DNA of 64,000 nt. Origin: Paramecium tetraurelia (lineage: Eukaryota). The DNA is taken from NCBI GenBank assembly GCA_000165425.1, contig CT868019.1:124001-188000 (forward strand), in the 5' to 3' direction. The position numbers and the translations under genes are program-made. Shown one piece after another: positions 1 through 13,388 of the stretch; position 1 is the stretch's first letter; each line of letters starts with the position of its first letter. The notes under the pieces are model-generated. The model was not told where the DNA came from. It worked only from the letters and a program-made list of their open reading frames with translations, and made no database searches.

Positions 1-337
1 AGTATAAGTTATTTTATAAAAATAATATTTATTCAGCCAATTGTTTCTAAATTATTTGTTGATAGAACCTAATTTTAACTGACTTAAAGGTTTAAATTTC
101 GATTGCGGAGATAGGTATTCATTAATTATTGCCCAAAATGTTAGATTTTTAATTAGTTCTTATATTGAATTGAAAAGTATCAAGAGGAATGCATTTAAGG
201 ATTTAAGCATTTTAAATATAAACTGTATTTTAAGGATTAAGATAGTAAAGTATAAAATGATGTTGATTTATTTGCATTTGTAGTAAAGTTTGGATATTAA
301 TTAATATCTAAGATAACATTATAAATAAATTAATTAA

Positions 338-3300
338 ATGAATAGCATTGATAGTTATCAAAGCAAAGCAACAATGAATGCATAGTCAATAATCTCTAAA
401 ATAGCCACTCGAAATGGATAAGCAGAGTAAGCAAGTAGAGTTATATGTTAGTAATGGCTCATTGATAGCAGCTTTGGATGAGGAAACTGTCTCTGCAGCT
501 TGGAATGCATTCGGTAATTATAAATTTTGAATTGTGAAGGCCTTCATGTTTCAAGGTAATTACGAATGGGAAGAGGAGTAGCTGTGAACAAATTTGGAAC
601 ATTTTCTTTTAGTGCTCCAGATGTTATATTGGATGGAGTTACCAATCCAGTAGAAAGAGACAAATAGCCCCGTTAACCAGTATTTCTTGTTGCAAAGGTA
701 GTCGATTGATTTAATGTAAGGAATTTGTTAATGGATTCAATCTAAAAACTGCCATAGCAATAGGTCGATAATTGAGACCATATAAAGTGCAGACATCTGG
801 TAAGATTTAGCATGCAATTGTGAATTGGGCAGAAATAGCATTGTATGCATCTCAAAATAAGGATTCAGCTAAAATGGCTGTTGAGAGAGTGATTAAATCA
901 TTATCTGATATAGTTCGCAACGTATACATTCTTATCGATGATTTTAGAGGGATGTTGTTGAAGTTGAAATTCCATGTGTTGGTACATTCTTTGTGAAATC
1001 CCATTGTGCTGCTGTGTAATTTATGGATTCACTGATGGATAGTTGTAAAGTAAAATATGGGATCAATATTTGTTTATAGGAAATCACCAAGAGACCATTG
1101 TCAGAGAGAAAATCAAAAGGAGACATGCGTTTGACACAGTAATACCTGCAGTAATTGAGCAAAAGTCAGCATCCTGAAGAAAACAATCTCATGATTGATG
1201 AAGGTGCCAGGAATTATTTAACTAATTCTCTTGGAATTGAATTACCTGACACTAGACCTAAAACTGCTAAAAATTCATAAGTCTAATCTAAAAAGGGGGG
1301 ACTTATGAGTAAAACTGTATCAGATTATATTCAATAACAATTTTAGTTAGAATTAAGACCATCAACTCAACAGATCTCTAGAATGGGATTCCAAAGATCA
1401 GTTAATGATAAAGTTTTTGCTTTGGAAAGATTAAAATATTACATAAGGGATCATGCACTTAATATTGAAGATGTAATGATTAAATCAATTAAATTAATTA
1501 GTCATTTTTAGATCTCTGTTAACAAGCATTTGGTAAAACTAGTGAAAGAAAAATTAGAATGAATTTTGATGATTTTAAGAGAGCTGTTCTTAAAATAGAT
1601 TTGCCTCTTAATGAAATACAAATAATCACTCTATTTTAGACTTTAGATGTTAATAATGATGGTTTCGTTGATAAATTTGATTGGCTCAAAGCTATTGTTG
1701 ACAAAAGTAAGTATTATCATATAAATTCAATAGAAACTCATGTAAATTATATAAAGGATGTCGTGTTTAAATTCTAAATTCATACGGATGATTTGTTATA
1801 GAGAATGAATTTGCATCGTGATCATCCTCCAGTTAATTTGTAATAATTAAAATTTGCTCTCATGCATTTAGATGAATCTCTAAATTAACACAAAGCACTT
1901 AAAGTGGCTAACGAAATTCTAGATGGAAAAGAAACTATTAGCATGAATGATTTATTAGCATTATTTAATACAGTTGAAGAAGATGACAAAATGTATGATT
2001 TGTCTTGGTTTAAAGATACTTTGCATAAAATGAGAGATCATTTAGTTGATCCTTAGAAAATGAAAGTTTTGAGATCATCTTTTGAATATTTCGATGAACA
2101 TCAAGAAGGCAATCTAGATACTGCCAATTTTAAGACTGTCTTAATGGAAAGCTAGTTGGGATTGAATGTTTAAGATATCAATAGATTAGTTCGTTATCTT
2201 CCTAAGAACAGAGATTCATTAATAAATTACTACGATTTTATTTAAATGATTATGGATGTTAACAAATAAATGGACTAGAAGGATACTGCTAAAGATCTTG
2301 TTGATTTTGCATAAAAAATCAGTAAGTATTTAACCTAAAAGAAATTCACTGTTATATAATTTTTATAATAAGTAAAGTCAGGGTATGGATCTTGCAATAT
2401 TGAATCTACTGCCTAATATCTAGAAAAGAATCTCTTTACTTAATTGTCTCATGATGAATGTTTAGAATATTGTAGAGAAATGGATGTTGATGGAAATGGT
2501 GTTGTTAGTGATGAAGATATGAATACATTCATAAAAAGATACTCATATTTCAATGTCAGAAAGGATCAATCATAAATCGAATAAATTGTTGAAAGTCTGA
2601 AGATTAAACCATAAGTTGGAGATAATTTCTCAGCTATTGAAAAAACTTATGTTTAATCTAAATCTATTGATTTGATTACTATGGGATAGAAGAAAGTGTT
2701 CTAATCTTTGGTTGATGGAATGAACTAATAAAAAAGCTTGTTTCCTGTTGAGGAATTACCAGAATCTAAATTCGATTAAATACTTAAAGATTTGAGAATT
2801 AAATTAAATAGAAAAGGAATGGGATATGAAGAACTTTTTACATTCTTAGACACTGATCACAATGGATTCTTATCTATCAGCGAATTCTATAATATTGATA
2901 AAATCATGACTCTAAGTTAGCCTGCTAAAGATGGGTTCTTTGCTTTTATGGATAAATAGAGAATTGGTTTGATTGATCTCAATACTTTTGTTAAATTTAT
3001 GAGCAAGTCCATTATTTAATAGATGCCATCTTTATCTGAAGATGACTGGGATTGGGAATTGGAAATCCTATTCAAAATAAGAAATTGGTGTTAGAGAGAG
3101 AATATCACAATAGAAGATGCCTTTAGAACATTTGACAAAGATTTCGATGGTTAAATAAACAAAGCTGATTTAAGAACTTTCCTCAAGGACATTTTGAAAG
3201 TTGAAGAAAAAGAAATCACTGAAGCCAAAATCAATAGATTATATAAGTTAATGGATTAATATAAAAGAGGAAAGATAACATTAATGGATTTTAGACGATT

Positions 3301-5187
3301 TGTAGAAGAAGGATTTTTTTATGGTAAAAATAAATAAGTATTTGGATAAACAACAAATTTGGCTGCAAAACAGCAATCTGAATCAAGATCATCTTTTGAC
3401 TGGAAAATGAATGCCAGATAATAAATTGGATTAATTATAAGCAGACATTATCCAAGTGTAAAAGAATCCTTTGATATTGTATCAGGATATCGTAAGAAAT
3501 TAGTATTCTAAAAGTTTAAGAAATGGATTGATGAGAAGAATGTTCTTTCAGGATTTGATTTAACTGAAAAGTTAGTGTATGAGATATTTTCAGATCTAGA
3601 TTCTCATAAAAAAGGCTATTTAGTCGAATCTGATTGGCTGAATGCATTTGCTCAATATAATTGGTAAGATTAAATGATTAAGGAAATCCAAGATGCTCTT
3701 TCAACTTACTTTTCAAGCATTCAAAATGCAATTCATTATTTTTAGATGGAACACAGTCATGTTATAACAAAAGAGAGCTTTGCAAAGGCTTTATAGACTT
3801 TATTCCCAAAAAGATTTGTTGAAGGTGACATTGAGACTTTATGGACAAGAGTTCAAAAAAATGGGTCTTTAAGTAATCATGCTTTTGCATTGATATTTGG
3901 AAAAGGGGGCAAAGCCTATGAACTACCTGAAGGACAATAACAATTATAACACATTAGACCTATGACTTAGGGGTAATAATTTATTCATGATTTATTAGTG
4001 GTTTAAGCGAATTACCTTTGGACGACAGAAATCAAGTGAACATTAGCTTATTAGACAAAATCAGAAGATTTTTGAGGAATTCAAATAAAAACATTAGCGA
4101 ATTATTTAAATAGTATGATTCAGACAATACTGGATTCATAACCAATTTGGAATTCCGTTAAGTGATAAGAAGTCTTAATATGGGATTGACATTTTAAGAT
4201 ATCGATATATTGTCAGCTATGTTGGATACTGACAGAAATAGCATGGTGAATTGGAGAGATTTTGCCAAGAGATTAGATTTTAGATAAGCAGATAATAAAA
4301 TATTAGAAAGAGCAGGAATTCATTTATAGAAAGTGAATGATCATATTTATCATTATTTGTTGTCTCCCAAAGACGCATTTAGATAGATTGATGCCTAACA
4401 TACTGGATATTTGAGTTTTGATAAATTTAAGGATATGATTGAAATGTTGTATAGATTGGCTACTGAAGACATTCCTCCATTTGCTATTATTAAAGATCTA
4501 TTTGAATTTATTGATAAAAGAAGAGATGGTTTACTAGATTTAACAGAATGGATGGATGCTTTTTCTAAGTTTTCAAATCCAAACGAAAAGAAAAGGTACA
4601 TATTATTGTAAGATATTTTAGACCTATGAGTGCTAATGTAAGAATGAAAAAGTCATCACAGAAATCCTTAATGGCTTAAACTGATAAAGGATGGATGACT
4701 AAATAAGGTGCTTTGTCTCCGTAATAATTTGAAGGGTTAACAGATGATGGGTTGATGAATGCAACAAATAAATTCAAGACTTTTTTGAGAAGACCTCCAG
4801 CCAAGCAAACTGCACTACAATATGTTGGTATATCTTCATTTTATAATCAGAAAATGGAATTTGGGAAAGCTCCAAAGAGTTCGATCGAACAATAAATGCC
4901 ATTGGAAAGAACAGGAAGTATCTTCTTGAAATATTTAAGCATTTGACTTAGAATGGTCAAATTCCACTTACTGAAGATGTAATTATTGAGCTATATCTTT
5001 GTAGTTGATTAAATTAGAAATGGATAAAATGCTGAGATCTTAAGGAATTGTTGTCAGGGATGAATAATGGCCTTAATTAATTTCTTGGTCAAAGAAAAAT
5101 GGCCGCATTGATTATAAATTCTTGCTTGAAGTATATAAGGATAGACTAAACGGAATGGATACGCAACCCAGAATGGGGGATGAATGA
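338..5187 (+). CDS. Very large multi-EF-hand Ca2+-binding protein with N-terminal CCDC81-like HU domains (multi-exon)
   Basis: ATG 338, TGA 5185-87. Spliced N-terminus has AWNAFGLHVSRQLRMGRGVAVNKFGTFSF and VEVEIPCVGTFFVKSHCAAVQF (HU/CCDC81-like). Many EF loops follow: DVNNDGFVD, DEHQEGNLD, DVDGNGVVS, DTDHNGFLS, DKDFDGQIN, DSDNTGFIT, DTDRNSMVN, DKRRDGLLD. Confidence 0.85.
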
Positions 5188-5212
5188 TGAATATTTATTA
5201 AAACAGCGGGCA

Positions 5213-5747
5213 ATGTTATATTAATAATTAAATAAAAATTTTAAAAAAGCCCTTTCAGCTTTTTAAATCACAAGCCTTCTCCCAGATAGAACAAGTATGT
5301 TTTGAATATTAACCCCTTTAGTGAGCAGTACCAAAAATAGAGTGTATAAAAAGTCTTAGACTGCAAACAGCTCTAAGTGTCTCTTCGTTCCCAAAAAAAA
5401 GGAACGAGAATAAATCTATATCACACCACCTTCGAAACACAAGGTAGCACTCTTTTATCTTATTTTAGAATCCGCTTTCCAATATCGAAGAATTGAACAT
5501 TGATTCTAATTGTTCTACCGACAGCAGTCAACGCTTAGAAAATCTAAGCCCGGTCTACTATTGCCCCAAAGGCAAAGAACCTTGTGGTGAGCTTTAGGTT
5601 GTCCTTGACGGTGACGTGATCTAAGTGATATCCTAAACAAGGAATAGGAGAAAATCACGAAAGTTCAGTGACCAAGAGACCTATGCTATGAGTAACTTCA
5701 TAGCTGGTCCCAAATGTCTGGACATCCCATGCCCTTAGTTCCTTTGA
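5213..5747 (+). CDS. Small protein with a C-terminal PNRC-like motif (YAMSNFIAGPKCLDIPCPQFL)
   Basis: Open in the ciliate code across introns 5295-5321 and ~5444-5468, TGA 5745-47. Start is either ATG 5213 or the intron-split A|TG at 5294/5322. Confidence 0.6.
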
Positions 5748-5788
5748 TCATATATATATCTATGGAATTATCTATAAATCAAAACACG

Positions 5789-6454
5789 TCAATTATACAG
5801 CTGAAATAAATGCCCAATCTCATTGTGAAGTAATTTTACAGATTCAACTACGTTTGTGCTGCAAATGATATTATTTTATACTTATCTACGATATTCACTT
5901 CTTAGATGCTCAAGAATCTATTTGTATTATTTTAGATCAATTCTTTTATTTTAAGGCAAATTCCATTTTCTCTATTTTGTCGATAATTTACTTAAATCAA
6001 AATTGGGACTTGATCATGCGATTTATCATTTAAAACCTCACCAAATATGAGATGTATATAATACTTAAAACAGTTTCTCACTTCATCCCATCTCTCAGAT
6101 TTATTTCCATCTATTACAAAAATTATGCCATGACATTCTCCATAGTATTTTTTCCAGATGCTTCTTTGAGTTTGAGATCCTCCTAGATCCCAATATGTTA
6201 CTTTATATTTCTAATTCATAGATCTATTCGAAGCCATGTATTCAATCTCTGTGATGTTCAAACCAACAGTTTTCGGTATTTTATCAAATTGTATAAATGG
6301 ATGTTTTGCAAGTTGTTTTAATTTATTTAATAAAGTCTATAAATATATATTAAACTCTTACTGTTTTGCCTGCTCCATCTAGTCCAATAATTAGAATTTT
6401 AAAGATTGGAGGATCGAAATATTTTTGCCAAACTCCTTTAATTAAACTTATCAT
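5789..6454 (-). CDS. ARFRP1: ARF-related small GTPase (ARFRP1-like)
   Basis: MISLIKGVWQKYFDPPIFKILIIGLDGAGKT..PKTVGLN..VTYWDLGGSQTQRSIWKKYYGECHGIIFVID; lacks Gly2, as ARFRP1 does. Confidence 0.8.
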
Positions 6455-6459
6455 TTTTA

Positions 6460-7200
6460 TTATTAAATAAACAATTATATAGATTATAAGTATTTTCAAG
6501 GTTTTATAGATCAATATCATCTTCTTTATCCTAAGAATTACATTAATTTCAGAATTTCTACTTTAATTATGTTTTTGATTTCATTTTTTGTTTCAATAAA
6601 ACATCAATCTTATTAATTAGTTAAACATAATTCATATAATATTTATCATTGAGGATTAAATTCCAATTATTTTGTTTTTTAAATTATAACATATTTTATG
6701 TAACTACAATTAAAAAACCTCAAAAGGGATTGAATTTTATCCCCAAAACCTTCAAATTTTCAACAACATATTCTTAACTGGAAAATTCTTTTGTATTTAT
6801 TTCTAGGCAATAGTTTTTTGCCCTCATCATTTTTGTTTAATTAGTCTACCATGATTACTCAATCCGAATTAATTTTGAACTTATGCAAACTATTTGTGAT
6901 GTTAATTATAATGATAAATTTCAAATCACAGCTACTGAGGCTAAGTATTTTTTGCATATGATCTATATTCAAATGCTCTCAAAGTTTTCATTTTTACTTA
7001 TCTGTCTTTCTTTGTTTTGGCTTGTTTATCATCAGTTGTATAACAAATCCATAAACTCAACTTTAACTTTAATTTCACAGATGATTTACTATTTATTTCA
7101 TAATAATCTTCAAGATTAAAATTTGTTCTTATAGTAGTAGTAGGATCCTTTCTTCATTTTATATGATTTATTCTTATATTTAGCATACAACTATATTATC
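6460..7200 (-). pseudogene. Possible decayed coding relic
   Basis: Protein-like minus-strand runs (MVDQLNKNDEGKKLLPRNKYKEFSSQEYVVENLKVLGIKFNPF*GFLIVV..LNDKYYMNYVQLINKIDVLLKQK) are broken by in-frame TGAs that tiny introns do not remove. Confidence 0.3.
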
Positions 7201-7263
7201 TTTTATTATAAGACGAATTCTTATTACATTGTTGAGAATTTATAAAATTCCTGTAATTTATTT

Positions 7264-8979
7264 ATGTATTTGATAATCTCTGCCTTATTTTTTATACTAA
7301 ATTCTTAATCTACTAAGCTACAATCAAACATGAATTCAACCAAGAATTATCATCTGAATATAAATGAGGATACTATATTACTGTAATTTCCTCGGGTTAT
7401 TGATGCCAAATTATATACAAACAATACAGAGCCATTTTGTACATTGATTGAAAAGAATGTTGCATTCTACATAAAATAGCTTCAAATGCTTGAGAATAAT
7501 GAAATTAATGAGTAATCAAATATAATAAAATTAGACAAGTTGATAATTAAGTATATCCATTTAATTTAAAGTAGTTTATTTGTATGACTTAAATCTAGGA
7601 TGGAATAATTGCATTAACTACGGATTTCATTCTCTATTTCTTTGAACTTAATTATGATGCAATTTAATCTAATACTAATAATTAATTTGCCAAAAAAATT
7701 TGGACAACGGACTTTAAACCTATTATTCCTGATTCTGAATAAATGATAGATTTTGCTTAAGTTGTCTTCAGCGTTACTTCAAGCTAAGCTTTAATCATAT
7801 TTAATTCATCTGCCTACATATTGGATCTTAAATAGGATAAAACTAAAATGCAAAGTCTTGATGTTATCAATGTTGGAGATTGGGTCTCAAGATCCACTCG
7901 AGGATTAACTAAATCAATTGATGAAATTATATTTACTTGCGTTGGAGAGTATGGGATTGATATCTACAAGTCAGCATTTAATTCTTTGAGATTTTTGGGG
8001 AATCTAGATAAGACCAGTTTAGAATTAGATTAATTCAATTTGAAAGATTTTACATTGATTAAGCTTAAAGAGCTTTCCTATAAATGCTACTTTTTGGACT
8101 TCAATGGGAATGTTTATGTCATAGAAATTGATATAATCAATTATGAATTTACATTTTAATTAGTAACATAAATTAGCTCCTAAGGTTAAGGAATCTCAAT
8201 TGATACAAAAAACGGTATTAATGTTTTTGTAGCTTATTCATCTTCTCATCTTTATTAGGTTATCGAATACTACATATCGTTGAATTAATCTATCTATTTT
8301 GAATTAAACTCATACAAGACAAGAAATTCAATAAAAAGTTTAGACGCAACTGACGAATTTGTAATTATATAAGGGATTAATCATCATAAAATTTTATTTA
8401 GGTCAGATGTTTTACAATAACAATCACTAAAGTATATCTTATAAATCTAAACTTATTAGTTTACCAGTATTTACATATGTAGGACTGAGAGATTTTGAAA
8501 TATTTTAATTATAAAGTGATATTAAATCATCCTTTAAGGGAGTGGAGATTTTCGTAGGAATTACATCTACTAACTTATTTTTAGCCAAATTTTACATTCA
8601 ACCATATGAACTAAGTTGTTATACTGAATAAACAGAGTAATTTTATATGCTTAGATAGTTTAACAGTAACTCAGCTTTATTAACTTTTGGCTAATTCAAC
8701 AACTTATTTGGAAATAGATAATCATGTTGATTAAATAGTCACTTAGACTTAATTTAATTTTACAATAGAATTAATAGATTCTGAAGATTTCTAATACTTG
8801 AATTCAACTTCTTACATTATAATCGGAATAGTGTCTTTTTTATTATGTATTCATTATATGTGTTTTTAGTGAGTATATTTTTTTATTGGATTCACCTATA
8901 GAAAAAGAAGATAGATGTCTTGGAGTAATAAATTTCAAAGGAAAAAAGGAGAAAATATTCGATAATTTAAAAATAATGA
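7264..8979 (+). CDS. Orphan type I membrane protein (signal peptide, beta-rich ectodomain, C-terminal TM)
   Basis: Signal MYLIISALFFILNS; 23-nt intron gtaatcaaatataataaaattag; TM-like TSYIIIGIVSFLLCI near 8810; basic tail; TGA 8977-79. Confidence 0.7.
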
Positions 8980-9133
8980 ATATTATCGTCAAATGGTTTA
9001 GTATAATGGAGTATATTTTTTAACTCAAATTAAAATATCAATATTCTTAAATCAGTCTAACCAGTTCTCTTTAATATATTCTCCTACCATGAATTTTAAT
9101 TGAAATCAAAATTTGGAATACAAATATTAATTA

Positions 9134-10601
9134 ATGATTGAATTATTCTTACTGTCATTGGGACTTGGTTGGTAAGTCTTAGGCAGTTAATACGAATTTA
9201 AAGTAGAAATCGGTTAGATAAAAACAGTGTTAGAATTAAACAATGTTAAAAATGTATCTCTGTCTGAAGAAAGCAATTAATAGTTTTGTTGGGTTGAAAA
9301 TGAACATGTTGTTTTACAAGAAACATTTTTTATGAACTAATATGAACTTGATAGTATGAATAAATACTACTATTTGCTTGCATCATAAAAGGCTATTTGG
9401 GTACTTATGAATGATAAGATCTTAACTTAAATAACACATGATGGAATAATAATAAATTAGAGAAAAATTTAAGACAATATAAGTCACTTCGAAGGCTTTT
9501 ACAATGAAAAAAGTGAGAATCCAGTTTTCTTGGTTGATTATCATTTTTTGGATGATACTTAAATTACTATTCAAACTGGTGTTACAAAAATATGTGATGG
9601 ATTTCTGTTTGTCGTTAATAAATACATTTTTGTTTATGATCTCTAAAACAATACAAATAAATATTTTGGGTAAATTGATTTAACGAAATTTTAAAATATT
9701 ATAGACTTTGATATAAAAAGAATTGATGAGAAGAAATACTATATTTATTTGATGGATAAGAATAATGGATTAACTATTCTGAAGCTACTATTGAGATACA
9801 ATAATATCAATTCAAAAGTAATGTACGCTGAAATACATCCTGCAGAAAATCCTAAGTCATTTTTTTGTAATGAATACAATAGCTGTTTTGCATTGTATTA
9901 TAATTCTAAGTATAAAATTTTGAATTTTAAAATTAACTTCATTGACAGCAGCATTTCCATAGATGAAATTTTAGAGTAGGAAAAGAAGATACTAAAACTA
10001 GTGAATATTGGGGATATGATGTTTATACAGTCCAAGAATCATCATAAAATCTATCTCTATAATTCTTAACAAATTTAGAACATCCAAATATTAGGATTAC
10101 AACAAATATCTGCTGTGAATTCATCGTTGGTTTACATGATTACAAACACTAAGTTAATCAAGGTTGAACTGAGAATTTCTCCTCTTAGAGTGCTTTGTTA
10201 TTGTGATGACAATGATGCTTGTCCATAGAAATATGACTATGGGATAAATTACATAGAAAAGACAAAGCAAATAAATTTGAAGTTCACAATTGAGTTTTAG
10301 TCTTCTTTGGAAGATCAAATGAACGATGTTATAGTTATCATTTTTTCAATACTATTTCTGTTAGGAAGTAATTTGGTCACTTATATTTTTAGTTTTATTA
10401 TTGTTATTTTGGATTTATTCTTTGAAAGCTTAACTGTTATAGATTGAAGAAAAAATAAAATAAGGCCAATAGTATATGTAGAAAATCAAATTACCAATAT
10501 TTCATACCCTCGAAAACCTTGCTTTTACATTTCGAGGAGTTGAAACTTTGTCCAAAAGAATCTAACAATAAGAATCTTAGGAAATGTAAGATTTGTATTG
10601 A
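9134..10601 (+). CDS. Orphan type I membrane protein with similar architecture to its upstream neighbour
   Basis: Signal MIELFLLSLGLG; long open frame; TM VIVIIFSILFLLG|ILLLLFWIY; TGA 10599-601. Confidence 0.7.
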
Positions 10602-10738
10602 GTCCTTGAGATTTGAATTGATCTATATATTATAAATTTTTAATTCTTAGATTTGACAAAAAAATCAAATTAATTGATTGATTGGAAATATTTATAGTTT
10701 AATGAAGCTCAAACAATAAAAATAAATTTAAAAAATAA

Positions 10739-13388
10739 ATGAGTTACTAGGCTCAACACTAAAATTAACCTCCGAACTACTAAAATATAAGAGAATAATA
10801 CCACATCTAAGGTGATTACAGTTAATCAGGTCTCTATAGAGTAAATATAAGTATTATTGAAATAGTAACAATAACAATCGAATCCTCAGATGGGAAGATA
10901 TACATAAGTAATTTAGAGAGTATATAATTAAGGCAAATCAAGACAAAGGTTCTCATCAGTTTTCTCAAAATGATTTGTCTCGTGAGCATCGTATTACTAA
11001 TAGTCAAAATGTTGGGCATCATGATACATCGCACGGTCATAACCATTCTGAAAATGAGCACCATGAAGGTCATTACAACCCTCTTTAGATGCCTTGTAAT
11101 TGGGAGATCGCAAAAAAACACGCATTATCAAGAAGGACAGCAAAAGAGAAGACAAAGGACCCGACTAAAACTTTAGCAGGTAATTGGAAATTAATAAAAT
11201 TTCAGTTGAAACTTGCCCTTGTTGCGGCTTTGAAGTTGATAGAGAAGATATTCCGTTTTGCTCGGATCCTATGGCTTTATCATTTTTGGGATCCGGCTTT
11301 ACGTTATTCTACAATTACTTAAAATATTGCATTATCATACTGTTTATACAATTGATTGTGAAATAGATTCATAACCTATATACAAACTACGAAGGGACAT
11401 ATTGTAGTCATATAAAAAGGGAAAAGATGGAAGGACACATTATAGAAGAGCCATACTGTCCAGATAGCATCTTTTTAAGACTGTCTTTAGCTAACAAATT
11501 AGAGTAATCAAAAATAGTTAAATTAGTAATCGGGAAGCCTTAGAAACTATGCAAGTCTTAAATTTTATAAGTATTTTCATAATCATGTTCGTCCTCATTT
11601 ACTTCAGAAAAAGCCAAAGGTAAATCGATACTACCATAGATGAAGAATAATTGACTCCTGCAGATTATACAATTTGTGTTAAAAATATTCCCACTGGGTT
11701 ATCTGTTGATTACAAAGCTGAATTAACAAATTTATTTTAAAAATATGCGGTATTAGATTCTTCTAAAGAAATAATTGTTAGAAAAGTAGTATTAGTATAT
11801 GATATTGAAGAAATCATTGAATTAGAGAAAAAACTAGATACTTTGATTGAAAGAAAGAAAGAAGCAATAGCAGAACATAATTTTGATTTTCATCATTCAA
11901 GTGTTAAACAAATAGATGAAGAAATAGAACACCTTGAACATTAAATCCATAAGATAGAAGAAGAATATGAACTTCATAATACTAAATTTGCAGGCATAGC
12001 CTTTGTCTCATTTGATGATGAATCTATGAAATAATTGGTTTTATAAGAAAATCCCCATACATAATTAGAGAGAATCAAATCTCATTGGAATAGAGGCAAA
12101 CTAACAGGTCTCGGCAATGAGGATCTCTCATGGCAAGGATAAAAACTGTTCTTAGAACAGGCTCCAGAACCTAATGATGTTGATTGGGAGTTTATTCACA
12201 TAACAACCAATGAAAAGATATTCAAAAGAGTGAGAGCCTGGATCTATTATATATTGTTTGAAAGTGCAGCTTTCTTTGTTATCTATTTAATCTCCCACAG
12301 ACTTGCACTCTTGGGAGATAAAGCACATGAAGAAGAACTCTAAGGAAAATTAGATGAAGATACTAAAAGAAAGATCAACATAATGTCTTTTAGTATATCT
12401 ATGACTATCGTCTTATTTAATAAGTTTGGAGTAGCCAAAATAGTACATTACATCGTGGATGATGAAAAAATATCAAATAAGACAAAGTTCTAGATATCGT
12501 TTGTATATAAATATGCACTCGCACTATTTATGAATGCAGCCATCATCAGTTTTCTAGTAGATATTGTCATATTGAAAAATGTCAAAGGAGCTGGAGGTTT
12601 TATTTAGAATGAGAGCCAGATATTTGTACTTAATGCCATATTTCCTCCCTTTATTTGGTTTGTTGATCCATGGAGTCTGTGCAAGAATATTTGGAGAAAA
12701 TACATAATTTCAAAAGGAGATAAAGCTTTGCTTACTCAATAAGAAGCTAACAAACTTATGGAAGAACCAGACTACTTGTCGGCAAAGAGATATTCAGATG
12801 TTATGAAAACTATGTGGTTCACATTTATGTATGGTACTGCCATTCCATTGGGTACTTTATTTAGTGCATTTGGTATTCTAATTTATTACTTTGTTGACTA
12901 TTATAATATTTTAAGAAGAAGAACTGTCAAGGAATCCATCAGCATTCAATTATCCACAGGTATTCGTTTATTACTACTTTATAGAAATGATTGAAATGCT
13001 TGAGTACATTATTTCTTGGTGTGCATTCGGCGAAATGATCATGACTTACACCTTCTTTCATGAAGTGAGCAAAATAGATATTCTGTTAATCATTTTGGCT
13101 ATTATATATTAATAATTGCCAATGGAGGATATTTCTGAGTACCTCTTTCCAGTTGAAAACAATGAAGAAGTATTTTGCATCTATAATTAGATTAAACCAT
13201 ACGCTGAAGGTAGTGCCAGTTTTGATACCGACTATGATAGAGAGAACCCAGTCACTAAACATAAGGCTTTAGCTGAATGGAACTAAAAATAGAAAAGCGA
13301 TGAAAATCCTCATCACAAAGTTAAGAAAATCTTACAATAATAAGATGAATTTGGATATGTTGCAGATGGACACTATGGACGTAGATGA
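10739..13388 (+). CDS. OSCA/TMEM63 (CSC1-like) cation channel
   Basis: CPCCG..FLGSGFTLFYNYLKY, LTPADYTICVKNIP, FAGIAFVSF, EQAPEPNDVDWEFI, ALFMNAAII, KRYSDVMKTMWFTFMYGTAIPLG, FDTDYDRENPVT; TGA 13386-88. Confidence 0.88.

Noticed and set aside
6741..6750. CCCCAAAACC telomere-like motif
   Set aside because: Single copy with no tandem C4A2/C3A3 tract.
6621..7263. Long TGA-free plus-strand frame (includes track ORF 6883-7119) in frame with the gene at 7264
   Set aside because: Its composition looks like antisense of the minus-strand relic, and a clear signal peptide begins at 7264.
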